A DNA stretch of 63,654 bases, counting the filler, from Octopus bimaculoides (lineage: Eukaryota), in assembly GCF_001194135.2 (NCBI RefSeq). It is 4 parts of 4 records of this genome, joined end to end, with 100 filler letters (N's around TTAATTAATTAA, not from the genome) between each part and the next. Parts side by side here need not be neighbours in the genome. Positions count along the whole stretch, not along the records: positions 1 to 29,285 come from NC_068989.1; positions 29,386 to 43,857 come from NC_069000.1; 2 more parts are not named here. One strand, written 5' to 3'. A program made the translations under genes and the position numbers. This document shows, piece after piece, positions 25,277 to 38,041 of the stretch. The notes under the pieces were generated by a model that worked only from the letters and a program-made list of their open reading frames with translations, ran no database searches and was not told where the DNA came from. How positions within the stretch are numbered: position 1 is the first letter of the stretch; each line of letters begins with the position of its first letter.

Positions 25277-27403
25277 CATGCTTCACACTTTAATGTTGAT
25301 AGTCTAGGAATGTTTAAAAAAAATCCGAACACGTCGTTATTTCGTTTACCTAGACAATTGCTATTCTCGCCGTGAAAAGAGAACTTCCTGACATGTTATC
25401 TATATCTATGTATTCATCTTATTCATGACTTTTTCCCTGTGTGAAGCATTTGAACATAAATATTCTTGCTTGTAATCGCCACAACAAAGTAAGTTGGCTT
25501 AAAATTTAAATCTATATGTGATAACATCTAGTAGTTAGTAAATTTATAATTTATCATTCGCTGTTAGAAGAGACGCTTATTGCAGTACTTCATAGAATTT
25601 CGGACACTCTGTCATAGGTTTGCTTATGTGATCTTTCGCTCTTTCGCAGTAATAATCCACTTACGTCACGACTACGAGTTATTTCACTTCCTTTCCATTA
25701 TCTGGCAATCTGAGGTCAATCCTATAGTTTGACTTCTAGCAACCTTTTGCTACATATAGAATGCATTATCATCATTTTTGTAAACATATTTATTGCTTAT
25801 TTCTATAGACGTATTTCCAAGTTACTGGTTAGAAAGTTCAAGGGTTACGTCTTATAAGTTTTGTTTGCTTTACAAATACGGATATAAACTTATGCAGTGT
25901 TGAAGAAGAAAAATTCGCCGAAATGGAGAGGAGTGCAATGTTTCTATTTTGAAAATATCACAATGTATTCTTGTTATTTCAAGCAGTCAAGATACCTGAA
26001 AATCGGTAGAATTATCAGTCACTAACCTTCATTCAGATCATTCACCTTCAATTTAAATTAGTATAGGCATTTTGATGGGGAAATTTAGCTTCGATATTGA
26101 GTTAATTTGTAAAAGATTTAACTCTGATGAGAAACACGACGGCGAGAATATTTTCACTGTTATATATTTGCTTTTCGATAAACTCATTATCTCCTTCAGC
26201 AGAAGTTTAACTACACATGTAATAGCTTCTTCAGTAATAATGAAGTTAATATGTCCTACAAACTTACCTCTTCTTTCTTCTTAAATCGTGAAATTCCTTT
26301 TGCTTTCCTTATCTCTAAATGTCCTCGTATTTTATAGTTTTGTTGTTTAAAGTAGAATCACATCAGTGGTTACATGAACTACAATATCAACTATTTTGTT
26401 ACTTTATGTAGAAAGAGATACAGTAAACCAAGGGAGTGTGCTTTATATAATAATGATACAAAAAAAAAGGAAATACGATTTTACATTTTTCAGATACTAA
26501 AAATGATAATTATTTTGGTGGATTAAGTATATAATCATGATTCAAAACTAAATTACATATCTGCCTATATGCATAAATATAAAAACATGTGGTTAAGCAA
26601 ACATCTACATAAGTTCCAACGGACACAGAAAAGAGGCACATTCGCACATACAGATGACTCACGCATACTTATGTATATATGCCCATACGTGCCTAGAGAT
26701 TTATAATATACACACCATACACATATATATATATGTGTATATATNNNNNNNNNNNNNNNNNNNNNNNNNNNNNNNNNNNNNNNNNNNNNNNNNNNNNNNN
26801 NNNNNNNNNNNNNNNNNNNNNNNNNNNNNNNNNNNNNNNNNNNNNNNNNNNNNNNNNNNNNNNNNNNNNNNNNNNNNNNNNNNNNNNNNNNNNNNNNNNN
26901 NNNNNNNNNNNNNNNNNNNNNNNNNNNNNNNNNNNNNNNNNNNNNNNNNNNNNNNNNNNNNNNNNNNNNNNNNNNNNNNNNNNNNNNNNNNNNNNNNNNN
27001 NNNNNNNNNNNNNNNNNNNNNNNNNNNNNNNNNNNNNNNNNNNNNNNNNNNNNNNNNNNNNNNNNNNNNNNNNNNNNNNNNNNNNNNNNNNNNNNNNNNN
27101 NNNNNNNNNNNNNNNNNNNNNNNNNNNNNNNNNNNNNNNNNNNNNNNNNNNNNNNNNNNNNNNNNNNNNNNNNNNNNNNNNNNNNNNNNNNNNNNNNNNN
27201 NNNNNNNNNNNNNNNNNNNNNNNNNNNNNNNNNNNNNNNNNNNNNNNNNNNNNNNNNNNNNNNNNNNNNNNNNNNNNNNNNNNNNNNNNNNNNNNNNNNN
27301 NNNNNNNNNNNNNNNNNNNNNNNNNNNNNNNNNNNNNNNNNNNNNNNNNNNNNNNNNNNNNNNNNNNNNNNNNNNNNNNNNNNNNNNNNNNNNNNNNNNN
27401 NNN

Positions 27404-27830
27404 CTGGAGCACCACCGTGACTTTCCGTCCTTATGCTGTGCTCTCTTCACGTTCCCTGCATGGCTCTTCTCCTCCACCTGATATAGTCCGATCAAGAGTT
27501 TTGATGGCACATCTGGTGTATAAGAGGATTTGACATCGCTGCCCTAAACTGTGTCTCATTTCGAGCCATTGGTTCGTCTGATATTGTGGAGAGGAAAGCG
27601 TCGAGTTTTGTCTTGAAGACATCTATATCCATGTCTTGCAGGTCTCTCAAATGTTTTGGTAGGGCATTCAAGAGCTAAGGTCCTCTGAAACCGAGGCTGT
27701 TGCAGTGCCTCGTTCTTATGTGAGATGCAGTGGACAGCACCCTTGGTACCATGCAGTGGCCACCTGTACGGGCATTCTTGTAGTACTTGATGCCAAAGTT
27801 TGGCACCAGTCCTTCCAGTATTTTCCATAT
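27404..27830 (-). mobile_element. CR1-clade LINE, 3' end fragment
   Basis: Minus-strand WKILEGLVPNFG..CNSLGFRGP.LLNALPKHLRDL..DVFKTKLDAFLSTISDEP, typical of the CR1 ORF2 C-terminus. Confidence 0.8.
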
Positions 27831-28619
27831 GTATATTATTACATATCTCTCCCGTCTACGCTCCAGGGAGTAGAAACCTAGTTATGGATTACATGCATGT
27901 ATTATAGAAAAATATAGGTATACACACATTCGTGCGCGTATATAACGACGGACAAATAGGCATATGTGGAAGGAATGCAATCATATGAAGAGTTGTATGT
28001 AAGTAAATCTCATCTTCATAGCAGTCTCAAACGATCAACGTATGACTGATAAAATACAATGTAATATTTAGGCAGCTAAAGTATTTTATACCCCCACTAA
28101 CCTGTTACTAACTTCCCCATCTACACCCAAACAATTTCGAATCTAATTTATCGACGCTACTATTTTTATAACCTTACTTCTCTTGGAACATTGGCCATTA
28201 CATATTCAGCCAAAAAAAAAAAAAAAAGAATTATGAATTTGCTGTACGAAGATAATGACGCCTGTAAGTTGATACTTTGTTGCCTAAATTTTTTGAAGCA
28301 ATATTGTTTAAGTATGATTACGTAATATGAAATACTATATTAAACAGGGCATTGATCAATTGAAGCTGCTGTAAAGGGTGGATTAGCTTACATAATATAA
28401 GATGTATATAAAATTTTACATATAAATATATTTCTTATTCATAGAAATGTTTCTTCGGTGATTATTATTGCTATATGCATTCAATTTCACTTATTTTTCT
28501 TGCCGTCCTTTCTAGTTGTAAGTCTAGACAATGTCATCTGGATCGTGAAATTATTGTTTTCTATGATTCGATCTATGAGTACAACATATCGAACATGTGT
28601 GAGTGTGCGCGTGTGTGTG

Positions 28620-28667
<48 letters not shown>

Positions 28668-29065
28668 TACATACAAACACGTGATCATATGCCAAAGGTA
28701 TTGTAAAGAACGACCTTCATCAGCTGTCGGATATCGATGCCTCGTCATTTTGAGCATTTAACGACAATATGAGTCTTCAAAAACAGTTGCTCCCATAAGT
28801 ACCATACACAAATTTGGGATTTATGGAGGGTCAAATTTGGGAACAAAAACAGGATAGTGGAGACATAGAAGGAAACCGAACGAAATCAAACATGGAGGGT
28901 CGTTAGACCAGTGCGAGGGTAAAATAGCGAACGCGGGAAAACTATATTCTTTGAAATGAGAAAAGATAGGGGAACCAGGAATACGTCCAGCTTTAGGACG
29001 CCCCTAAAAGATAAGAAAGATGATCACGTGAGGGCAAGAACGATGGACGATGGTAAAGTATGAGC

Positions 29066-29105
<40 letters not shown>

Positions 29106-29285
29106 AAGGAGAAAGAGGGGAGAGAGAGACAGATAGACAACGGTGAAGAGGAGCAGAAAAGAATTAGAATAAGGATGAGAGAGAAAACATAGGGGGAGAA
29201 AACAGTATAGAGTTGAGTCGCAACAAAAAGATTAAGATAAACTTACTTGGAAATGGATGCGTGGCATTCAATCAAATAATAATAT

Positions 29286-29385
29286 NNNNNNNNNNNNNNN
29301 NNNNNNNNNNNNNNNNNNNNNNNNNNNNNTTAATTAATTAANNNNNNNNNNNNNNNNNNNNNNNNNNNNNNNNNNNNNNNNNNNN
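29286..29385. other. Artificial 100-nt assembly spacer (44N-TTAATTAATTAA-44N)
   Basis: The identical construct occurs three times; the 12-mer has stop codons in all six frames. Confidence 0.85.
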
Positions 29386-29409
29386 GCGTGCGTGCGTGCG
29401 TGCGTGCGT

Positions 29410-29610
29410 GTCCCTCCCTCATCGCAACTGGTGTTGATTTGTTTTGGTCACCCTAACTTAGCGCTTCGACAAAAGCGACCAGTAGAATAAGTATCAAACT
29501 TAAAAAGAAAAAAAAAAAAATATTAAGGTTGATTTATTTGACTAAACCTTTTCAGGGTGGTACCCCAGCATGGCCGCTACCCAATGACTGAAACAGGTAA
29601 AAGATTAAAG
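29410..29610 (+). mobile_element. SINE family D, 3' half
   Basis: ttcgacaaaagcgacc..gactaaacc..ccagcatggccgc..aatgactgaaacaggtaaaaga tail. Confidence 0.7.
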
Positions 29611-29647
29611 ACTGATTTTATGTCAATTTTACCTCTCATCTTTTCAG

Positions 29648-29984
29648 AGGCGATAAAATAAATACCAGCTGGGCACTGGGGTCGATGTCATCGACCCTCC
29701 CCCTCCCATCAAAATTTCAGGTCTTGTGCCTGTAGTAGAAAAGATTTATACCAAAGTACAAATTCCTGTATTTAAGTAAATTTAAAATATGTTTAATTTA
29801 AGGCGGTGAGCTGGCAGAACCGTTAGCACGCCGGGCAGTGTTCAAATTCCGCCGAGGTCAACTTTGACTTTCGTCATATCGGGGTCGATAAATTAAGTAC
29901 CAGTTGTGTACTTAGATCGATCGATCTAATCGATTGGTCCCCTCCCCCAAAATTTCGGGCCTTGTGCCTAGAGTAGAAAAGAAT
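29648..29984 (+). mobile_element. Two SINE family C copies (partial 29648-29746; internally deleted 29800-29984)
   Basis: ggcggtgagctggcagaaccgttagc head and ggggtcgataaattaagtaccag core. Confidence 0.8.
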
Positions 29985-30295
29985 ATATGTTTAATTTAGA
30001 ATGTGCTAACCAAGGTGGCCACCCTTGGCTCGGAAAAATCACTACTCTAGAAGGGCTTTGAAACGAAAGATTCGAGAAAATCCGTGTTATACCTGCATAA
30101 TTTTTCTAAGAGGTATTAGCGAAATGAAATGGTCTGCTCTTAAACCCAGAATCGAAAGCAGATCTTGGCCTTTATTTCAATCGATACTCCTTAGAGAACT
30201 CATTTCACGCCAAATAAAGTTCTTGTGTGAGTACATGGTACAAGCAATTAAGGGATGGTGATCTTGATCAACATATTTTAAATTAAACAACTATC

Positions 30296-31192
30296 GATTT
30301 CAAATTTTGGCACAAGGTCAGTAATTTCGGGGGCGGGGTTAAGTCGTCGATTACATCGACCCCAGTACTCAACTGGTACTTATTTTATCGACCCCCCCCC
30401 CGAAAGGATGAACGTTAAATTTGAACTTGGTGAAATTTTGAACTCAGAACATAAAGATTGGCGAAATGCCACTAAGTATTTTACACGGTGTGTTAACGAT
30501 TCTGTCAGCTCGCTGTCTTAATAATTCTTTCTACTGGAAGCACAAGGCCTCAAATTTGGGGGAAGAGATTAAGTCGATTACATCGATCCCAGTGTGTAAC
30601 TGGTACTTAATTTATCGACTCCGAAAGGATGAAAGGCAAAGTCAACCTCGGCGGAATTTGAACTCAGAACGTAAAGACAGAAGAAACACCGCTAAGCATT
30701 TCGCCCGGCGTGTTAACGATTCTTATTTCTTTACTGCCTACAAGGGGCTACACACAGAGGGGACAAACAAGGACAGAGACAGATTATGTCGATTACATCG
30801 ATCCCAGTGCGTAATTGGTACTTACTTAATCGACCCCGAAAGAATGAAAGGCAAAGTCAACCTCGGCAGAATTTGAACACAGAACGTAACGGCAGACGAA
30901 ATACCGCTAAGCATTTCGCCCGGCGTGCTAACGTTTCTGCCAGCTCGCCGCATTCGCTGTCGTAATAACTAGTAACCCTTTCTGCTAAAGGGAGAAGGCC
31001 TGAAATTTGCGGGGAAGAAACTAGTCGCATACACCGACCCCAATACTTCACTGGTACTTTAATTATCGACCTCCGAAAGGATGGAAGGCAAAGTTGGCCT
31101 CTGCAGAACTGGAACTCAGTGACAATTAGTCTGTTCTTTACGTTCTAAGCATTTTCCCCGGCGTGTTAATACTTCCATCAGCTCACAGCCTT
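30296..31192 (-). mobile_element. Four head-to-tail SINE family C copies
   Basis: Units at about 30296-30518, 30521-30722, 30723-30950 and 30975-31192, each with the ctggtactta..atcgacc..gaaaggatgaaaggcaaagtc core. Confidence 0.85.
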
Positions 31193-31832
31193 AAAATTTA
31201 AATATTAAATTCACCTAAATGAAATACACGTACCTGTACATTAGTGTAAATTAATGCGGACTACAAGAAGTTCCAGACCATAAATGTCTGAAGGATCGGT
31301 GTTGTACGTACATGTAAATGCCAAAACGTAGCTCTCGTCCTGCCTAACAATATCTTTAACTAGGCTGAGTAACTGATACGGCTTCGATTCTCCAAGTAAA
31401 ATCAGTTCATTGCACTTATGCTGCTAATGAATGATATAGAGTGAGGAAATGGGGTTGTCGATAATAATGGTTTGCCCAGTGACTCCACTGAATGGATGAA
31501 GTACAACTGAAGACCACTTCATGTAGGAAGATAGGTTCGAACTCAGAATAGCAAGCTAACGAAATACTGCCGCTTTTTTGTGTATTTAGCGAAACCAACT
31601 TGCGGAACCTATTTACAAGACTCAAGTGGACTCGGCCGATGACAGTTAAAGGTCTTGAACGCAATCTATGAATGATCAGTGATAGGAAGATTGAACTACC
31701 AAGCCTTTGGTTGGTGGTTCGGCCCTTTCGGCTCAGCCATACTCCGTGTCACTCTCTGGAAAGGCACTACCACTTCAGCCACCTCTTCGCTCTCGTCAAA
31801 TCACCAGGTTCCTGATGTGTATTAACCATATA

Positions 31833-32068
31833 GACGGAAACTGTGTGGAAGTCCGTCACATGTGTGTGTGTGTGTGTCCTACCGTCGCTTAGCTATCGGT
31901 TTGGTCTGATTAAGTCCCCGTAGCTTAGTGGTTCGACAATAGAGGGCGATAGAATACATAATATACATTAAAAAAATATATACTGGACTGGATTTGTTCG
32001 ACTAAACCTTACACGGCACTACTGTAGCTTGGCCGCAATCCAATAAAAGAAACCAGTAAAAGATAGAA
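31833..32068 (+). mobile_element. SINE family D, 3' half
   Basis: gacggaaactg..(TG)n..gttcgactaaacc..gaaaccagtaaaaga. Confidence 0.7.
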
Positions 32069-32324
32069 ATATGACAATAACCTTTGAAATGACGAATAGT
32101 ATTCCCTTTATAAAATAAATTTTTAAACAAAAATTAAAGACTATTTCGCTGAACCTAAAAAATTTTCACTATCCCCTGGGGTCTCTTGGATCCCAGTTTG
32201 AGAAAAAAGATGCTGAAAGGTGTGATCACTGAGATTTCGCTGCTACAGGCCGAACAACAACACATAGGATCCAATCGTCTTTTGTCGTATTGGTTGACTG
32301 GATCATAATGTCCTAAGTGAAGAC

Positions 32325-32400
32325 GAGTGAGCTGGCAGAATCGTTAGCAAGTCGGACAAAACATCTTTACGGCATTTCTTCCAGGTCTTTACGTTCTGGA
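32325..32400 (+). mobile_element. SINE family C head
   Basis: gtgagctggcagaatcgttagcaagtcggacaaaa. Confidence 0.65.
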
Positions 32401-33203
32401 TCTTTACGCGAAGAACGACTTTGCATTTCATCCCTTGAGAGTTCAAGTACTGACTGAATCCGAGAANNNNNNNNNNNNNNNNNNNNNNNNNNNNNNNNNN
32501 NNNNNNNNNNNNNNNNNNNNNNNNNNNNNNNNNNNNNNNNNNNNNNNNNNNNNNNNNNNNNNNNNNNNNNNNNNNNNNNNNNNNNNNNNNNNNNNNNNNN
32601 NNNNNNNNNNNNNNNNNNNNNNNNNNNNNNNNNNNNNNNNNNNNNNNNNNNNNNNNNNNNNNNNNNNNNNNNNNNNNNNNNNNNNNNNNNNNNNNNNNNN
32701 NNNNNNNNNNNNNNNNNNNNNNNNNNNNNNNNNNNNNNNNNNNNNNNNNNNNNNNNNNNNNNNNNNNNNNNNNNNNNNNNNNNNNNNNNNNNNNNNNNNN
32801 NNNNNNNNNNNNNNNNNNNNNNNNNNNNNNNNNNNNNNNNNNNNNNNNNNNNNNNNNNNNNNNNNNNNNNNNNNNNNNNNNNNNNNNNNNNNNNNNNNNN
32901 NNNNNNNNNNNNNNNNNNNNNNNNNNNNNNNNNNNNNNNNNNNNNNNNNNNNNNNNNNNNNNNNNNNNNNNNNNNNNNNNNNNNNNNNNNNNNNNNNNNN
33001 NNNNNNNNNNNNNNNNNNNNNNNNNNNNNNNNNNNNNNNNNNNNNNNNNNNNNNNNNNNNNNNNNNNNNNNNNNNNNNNNNNNNNNNNNNNNNNNNNNNN
33101 NNNNNNNNNNNNNNNNNNNNNNNNNNNNNNNNNNNNNNNNNNNNNNNNNNNNNNNNNNNNNNNNNNNNNNNNNNNNNNNNNNNNNNNNNNNNNNNNNNNN
33201 NNN

Positions 33204-33358
33204 TCGACCCAGTGTTCAACTGGTACCTTTGTTATCGACTCTGAAATGTTGAACAGTAAAGTCGACCTTGGTGGCGTTTGAGCTCAGAATGTAAAAAGCC
33301 GAAAGAAATGCTGCTAGGCATTTTGTCCGACAGCTAACGACTCCGCCAGATCGCCACC
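33204..33358 (-). mobile_element. SINE family C
   Basis: Reverse complement of the family C head and core. Confidence 0.7.
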
Positions 33359-34149
33359 CTCTTCTTCCGTATAAGAAGCTGAGGAAAATATTAGTTGTTG
33401 ATAAAATATTTCCTTCGCGAGTTTAGAATATCGGACCAACAAAAAAAAATGTCGGTCAGATACTCTAAGCTCACGATGAAAAAATTCTTGAGTTCAAATT
33501 TAAGATAAATAAATAAAAAGATATTGCAAACAGTTTGCAGTAATTTAGTCAATAGAAATTGGCAAATTAAAGCCTGCCTATTTGTTTCTACCAAACGGCC
33601 AAGAACAACTCGTCTATGTTTGGCCTTAATCATTGGAGGCATGCGCCGAACCACTGCACATTATCATACTGCTTGCTCCTCAGCTCTTTACCAGACTGAA
33701 TATTCAACAGTTAGCTTGTTTAAGCAAATACACAGCACAACAGATAAGATTTACAGTTACCGGCATTTTGAAATACTCTTCCAGGTTCGTTGGCTACGAC
33801 ACCATTCTCTTTTCTTGTTTTTTCAGCTCTACAAACTTATCAGATTTAGTTCCAGTATTTATTTCTTCTTTATTTGTAACTTTATTTTCCCCATGTTAAT
33901 CATTTTTTAAAAATCCTGTCCCTCGCCTTTTTTTCTCCACTTCGTTGGTTGTAATTTAAAATTCCAAAATCCATTTCTACTTTCCAAGTTTGGGATTGTG
34001 TCTTTAATTTTAAAATATAGAAATTTCAATTCGATCTTCGGTGCTACTTTAGCATGATGTCTACCGCAGTATCCGTAATCTACGCTAATAATAAATCATT
34101 ATTCAACATCATTCAACTCGTTTATAATCATCCAGTATAAAGTCCCTGT

Positions 34150-34450
34150 AGTTGAGGTAGACTGCACGTCCAGGTAAACCTCATGTTAAAATGCAAATGG
34201 CCAGGTGGAGCATACGCTGCGTCTTTTCTCAATATTTTCCCGGCGAATGTGATCAAGGTGCGACAACAAAAAGGATTGAATTTAATAAGCACAAGTAATA
34301 AATTCATACCATTAAGGGCCACCGAACCCATTGAGATCATTGCACAGTGTAGACCAGGGATGCTGTGGTATAGTGCACATTGACGTGGCATCCGATCTTC
34401 TTGCCAATTTGAAATAATATTTCTAAAAGTTTCGGCAACACACACACACT
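34150..34450 (-). mobile_element. Possible Gypsy-type integrase relic
   Basis: Frameshifted minus-strand pieces (QEDRMP..IPQHPWSTL..FGGP/LNGMNLLLV) resemble the PxxPWxxxHIDFAGP integrase motif; highly decayed. Confidence 0.3.
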
Positions 34451-34521
34451 TTGTGTGTCTCATAATCCATGGACACACGTTTTATTTGTAACTTACAAGA
34501 GTCCTACCATTATAGGACACA

Positions 34522-34611
34522 CGGCGAAGCTAAAAAATACGTACACCACCCGTTTTCGGCGGTTAGGGTTACGCCGAAAACGGGTAGTGTGCGTATTCTT
34601 TACCTCCGTCG
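34522..34611. repeat. 90-bp foldback (mini-MITE-like) with a GTTAGGGTTA loop
   Basis: 30-nt arms 34532-34561 and 34572-34601 with 3 mismatches, extending loosely to about 40 nt. Flanked by the direct repeat gacaca. Confidence 0.75.
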
Positions 34612-34701
34612 GACACATTGCATATACAATTTCAATACGAATAAATATTTAAAATAATTTTTAAAACCCTGTTTGGATATTATTTTCCACATTTTTTTTC
34701 A

Positions 34702-35080
34702 CAGCCATGGCTATATGGTGAAGAAGCTTGATTTGCAAACGCATGGCTTCGAGTTCAGTCCCCCTGTGTGGCACATTGGCCCCGTGTCTTCTATTATGGC
34801 CCCGGGCCGACCAGTTCCTTACGAGTCAATTTGGTAATCGAAAACTGCGTGGAAGCCCATCTTGTATATAATGTGCTTGTATATATGTTGCTTGTCCCCA
34901 CCACTGATTATCAAACGGTGTTGGATTGTTTACGTCCTCCTAACGTAGCAGTACGAAAAAAAAAAGAACGATGGAATAAGTACCAGACTTTAAAATAAAT
35001 ACTGGGGTAGATTTGTTCGACTAAACCCTTCAAGGCGGTGTCCCAGTATGGCCGTAGTCCAATGAGTGAAACCAGTAAAA
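34702..35080 (+). mobile_element. SINE family D, full length (old)
   Basis: Head and tail align with 56019-56415. Confidence 0.75.
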
Positions 35081-35489
35081 ACATTACATATTCTCAGTAT
35101 TAAATAATGATGTGCGTAAAGGGTAATTTATGATTAACTTACCTTGTGGTATTTAGCTAACGTACCTTAATCTTTTGAGTTCAAATCCCACCAGAATAGA
35201 TGAAATAAATAACTGACCAGTGTTTGAAATTCGATTTAACCTTTGATAGTCTCTCTCTCGCATTGCGAGTTCGAATCGTAACGCAGTCGAGTTTGCTTTT
35301 CGTTTTTTCCGAGTGAGATGAGGGGCGGTAAAATGCAAAAATCCCTTACTAGGGAGTTTCGGTTTAATCAACCGTACCCTCTCCCGCTCTTGCTTTTCTG
35401 GCCTTGAGCTTATGTTAGAAATCATACGTTCAAATTCCACCGTTGTCAATTGCAAGGGTCGATAATATAAAGCACCAATCAAGTGGTTG

Positions 35490-35691
35490 GTTAGTCCAGG
35501 GCCGGGGTCTCTGGTGTATATATTCCCCGGTCCGTCGCAAGATCACTCATTTTTATCAGCTGAATGGACAGGAGCAACGTGAAATGAGGAGTTTTGCTCA
35601 AAAACACAATGCATCGCCCGGTTCAAGAATCGAAACCACAATCTTACGATCATGTGTTCAACACACTAACCACTGAGCCATGCGCCTCCAC
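35490..35691 (-). mobile_element. tRNA-derived CORE-type SINE, family B
   Basis: Reverse complement of 2391-2590. Confidence 0.75.
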
Positions 35692-36064
35692 GCCAGTCAC
35701 GTAGTGAAATCAATTTAATCGGCTAACTCGTCTCTTCAAATTTCTCACCTTGTATCTTTGGATTGTAATTAAGTTCGGAAACATGGTCATCATGGTTTCT
35801 ACAGTTCCGTCATAAATCAAACCGAATTTGGGTCGGAAGTAAAAGACCAACCAAATGGGTTTTTTCACAATTCTTCACAATGAATTTGTGCACGAGTGAA
35901 TGCAAATGTTCAGTCATCGATGCTCCATTATAAGAAGCATTTGGCGTCTAGTTCAAGAGAATTTAATCGGGTTTATGAAGGACAGACATTGACGCTCTTT
36001 AGCACCAAGTCAGTGCTGATTGAGTAGATCTATAGTCAAGGACCTTCCAGCTGTGACCATCCTG

Positions 36065-36360
36065 TTTATTACCTCCGCCTTGGCGAAGGCATTGTTTTCA
36101 GCCGTGTTTGTTTGTTTGTCCGCGGACAAGATATCTCAAGAACCGCTGGATGGATTCAGATGTTTGGTCTTGTAGCTGGAACGAACTGATTAGATTTGAG
36201 ATCGATCCGGTACGAAACAAGGATTCTGGATTATTTTTCCTGTTTTTTTTTTGTTTTTTTTTTTACTTAATTTTTGAGAGGGGTAGTGTTCATTTTTAGT
36301 ATTCTCGTTTGTGAGAGCAGTCGAGTTTATTTCAAATATCCTCATTTTAAAAATCATCTC
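36065..36360 (+). mobile_element. Helentron/DINE-like non-autonomous element
   Basis: T-rich start ttattacctccgccttggcgaaggc (subterminal hairpin), (GTTT)n microsatellite, then caagatatctcaagaaccgctggatggatt, as in HINE-type elements (from memory). Confidence 0.5.
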
Positions 36361-37654
36361 AGAATGCAAGATGGCACTTTTCTGCCGGTTGACAATGCAA
36401 ATCTCAATTCCAATATCCTTCGGCCTCTTAGCTGTTTGGTTGCTGTGTCATGAGCGCCACGCATAGTATATCTAGGGATTACCTTACATATCTCACTTCG
36501 TTTCTTTTATCACGGGTGTCTGATTTGATGGCAATGTCACTGTTATTTCTAGCAGATCGTGTGACCACGTAGAGGTCCCTTCATTGGCTCAGAGCATGAT
36601 GATGGCGGTGGGGATAAGATTATAAACGAAAACAGCAGAGTGCGTCAGTTTCTGTTCTCATAGACTCGGTTTATTACCAATTCTTTTCTCGGTCACATTT
36701 TCAACTCTTCAAATGTTTATATACACAACGGTGGTACCCCAGCATGACCGCAGCTTCAAAGCTGAAACAATTTAAAGAATTAAATTTTTTTTTAAATAAT
36801 CGTTTAACTCAGACTTAGTAGAGAAGTTTAAAACCCGGCTGGGTAAAATACCTTGGTGTTTATAAGTCCTTTAAGTTCTGAATTCAAATTCTGCGATCAT
36901 CTTTGTTTTTCTCTCACTTTTCTGGCTCATGTCGATACGATAAAAATAAAAAAAGACTCCTCAAAGGAGATGTTAGCTGTAGACCCAATGGGACGTTTCA
37001 AATATGTTCATATAGATAGAATCAATGTTTTCAACCAAGTAGACTGTTTTTGTTTAGACTGTCCGAGATCAACTTTGAACCAGACGATCAATGAAATTCC
37101 AGCACCGACTTCATTATTCAATGCGTCCTTCATTTTATTTTATAATGGCAATGTTTGATTGCAGAGATCTTTGGTTGCTATTTCTAATAGTTACTATTTC
37201 TCACTGCGAAGAGGATCCTTCGTTGGCTCAGAAAACAGTTTGTTAGTCCGTAGCTTAGCTATAGTTGGTACCACCCGCGACATCCTTTGATTTGATCGAT
37301 CCCCTCATCGGTTCTCTAAGATTATACTGGTTTATACAGCAAATCCAAAAGGCTGCTCCATAAAAGCATCTCCCTTGGCGGCACTCAACCCACACATAGA
37401 TACACTTTCTACGCTTCTATTATTAGCGTTGATGTAGGACACAAATTCTATTCTAAAAAAATGATGGGATGGCAGCTGATGATCTATGTCTCATGTACAG
37501 ATAGATGGTTCATTACTTTATGCAGCAGCATTGTAATAAAAAAAAAAAAAGGCTTTTATTTTTTTTTTAGCTAGGAGTGGTAGCTTTAAGTCCTGTGGTG
37601 GGCGGTAATAAGAAAGCAGTTCAAGATTATTAAACGACTACTTGAAAATACATA

Positions 37655-37850
37655 AGGCAGTGAGCTGGCAGAATCGTTAGCGCGTCGGACAAAATGCTTG
37701 TCATTTCTTCGAGCTCCTTACTTCTGACTTCAAATCAACTTGGCCGAAGTCAGCTTGGCCCTTTATCCCTTTGTGATCGATAAAGTATGTGCCTGTGAAA
37801 TAGTGCGGATCGATACAGTAGACTTGTCTCATTCCTTCAAAATTACTGAC
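37655..37850 (+). mobile_element. SINE family C (old copy)
   Basis: aaggcagtgagctggcagaatcgttagcgcgtcggacaaaatgctt head; decayed core. Confidence 0.7.
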
Positions 37851-38005
37851 CTTAAATTCTGCAACCGATCGGCTTCCCGTTCAGGGAAAGTTTTGTGTCG
37901 GGTAACTGATTCATACGGCTTAAGGCTCACGAATAAAAGCATAATGTAACTACACACGTGCTGTTGACGATTCTTTTTTTCCTTCTTTGGACTTTCCTCC
38001 TTTTT

Positions 38006-38041
38006 CTTTCCAATGAAGAGCCATGCTCGAAACGTCAAAAG
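38006..38041 (+). ncRNA. Degenerate hammerhead-like motif in a solo Penelope tail fragment
   Basis: cttt CCAATGA a-gagc-cat-gctc GAAACGTC aaaag. Same layout as 13300-13335, with two core mismatches. Confidence 0.3.

Noticed and set aside
29330-29341. TTAATTAATTAA islands inside gaps (also 43902-43913 and 57656-57667)
   Set aside because: An identical 44N-12mer-44N construct with six-frame stops is an assembly linker, not biology. Adjacency across these points is unverified.
30296-31192. Regularly spaced repeats suggestive of a CRISPR-like array
   Set aside because: The units are about 200-230 nt diverged SINE copies without unique spacers, in a eukaryotic context with no cas genes.
31290-31830. 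GC-richer stretch, possibly a LINE endonuclease relic
   Set aside because: No motif survives clearly enough to call.
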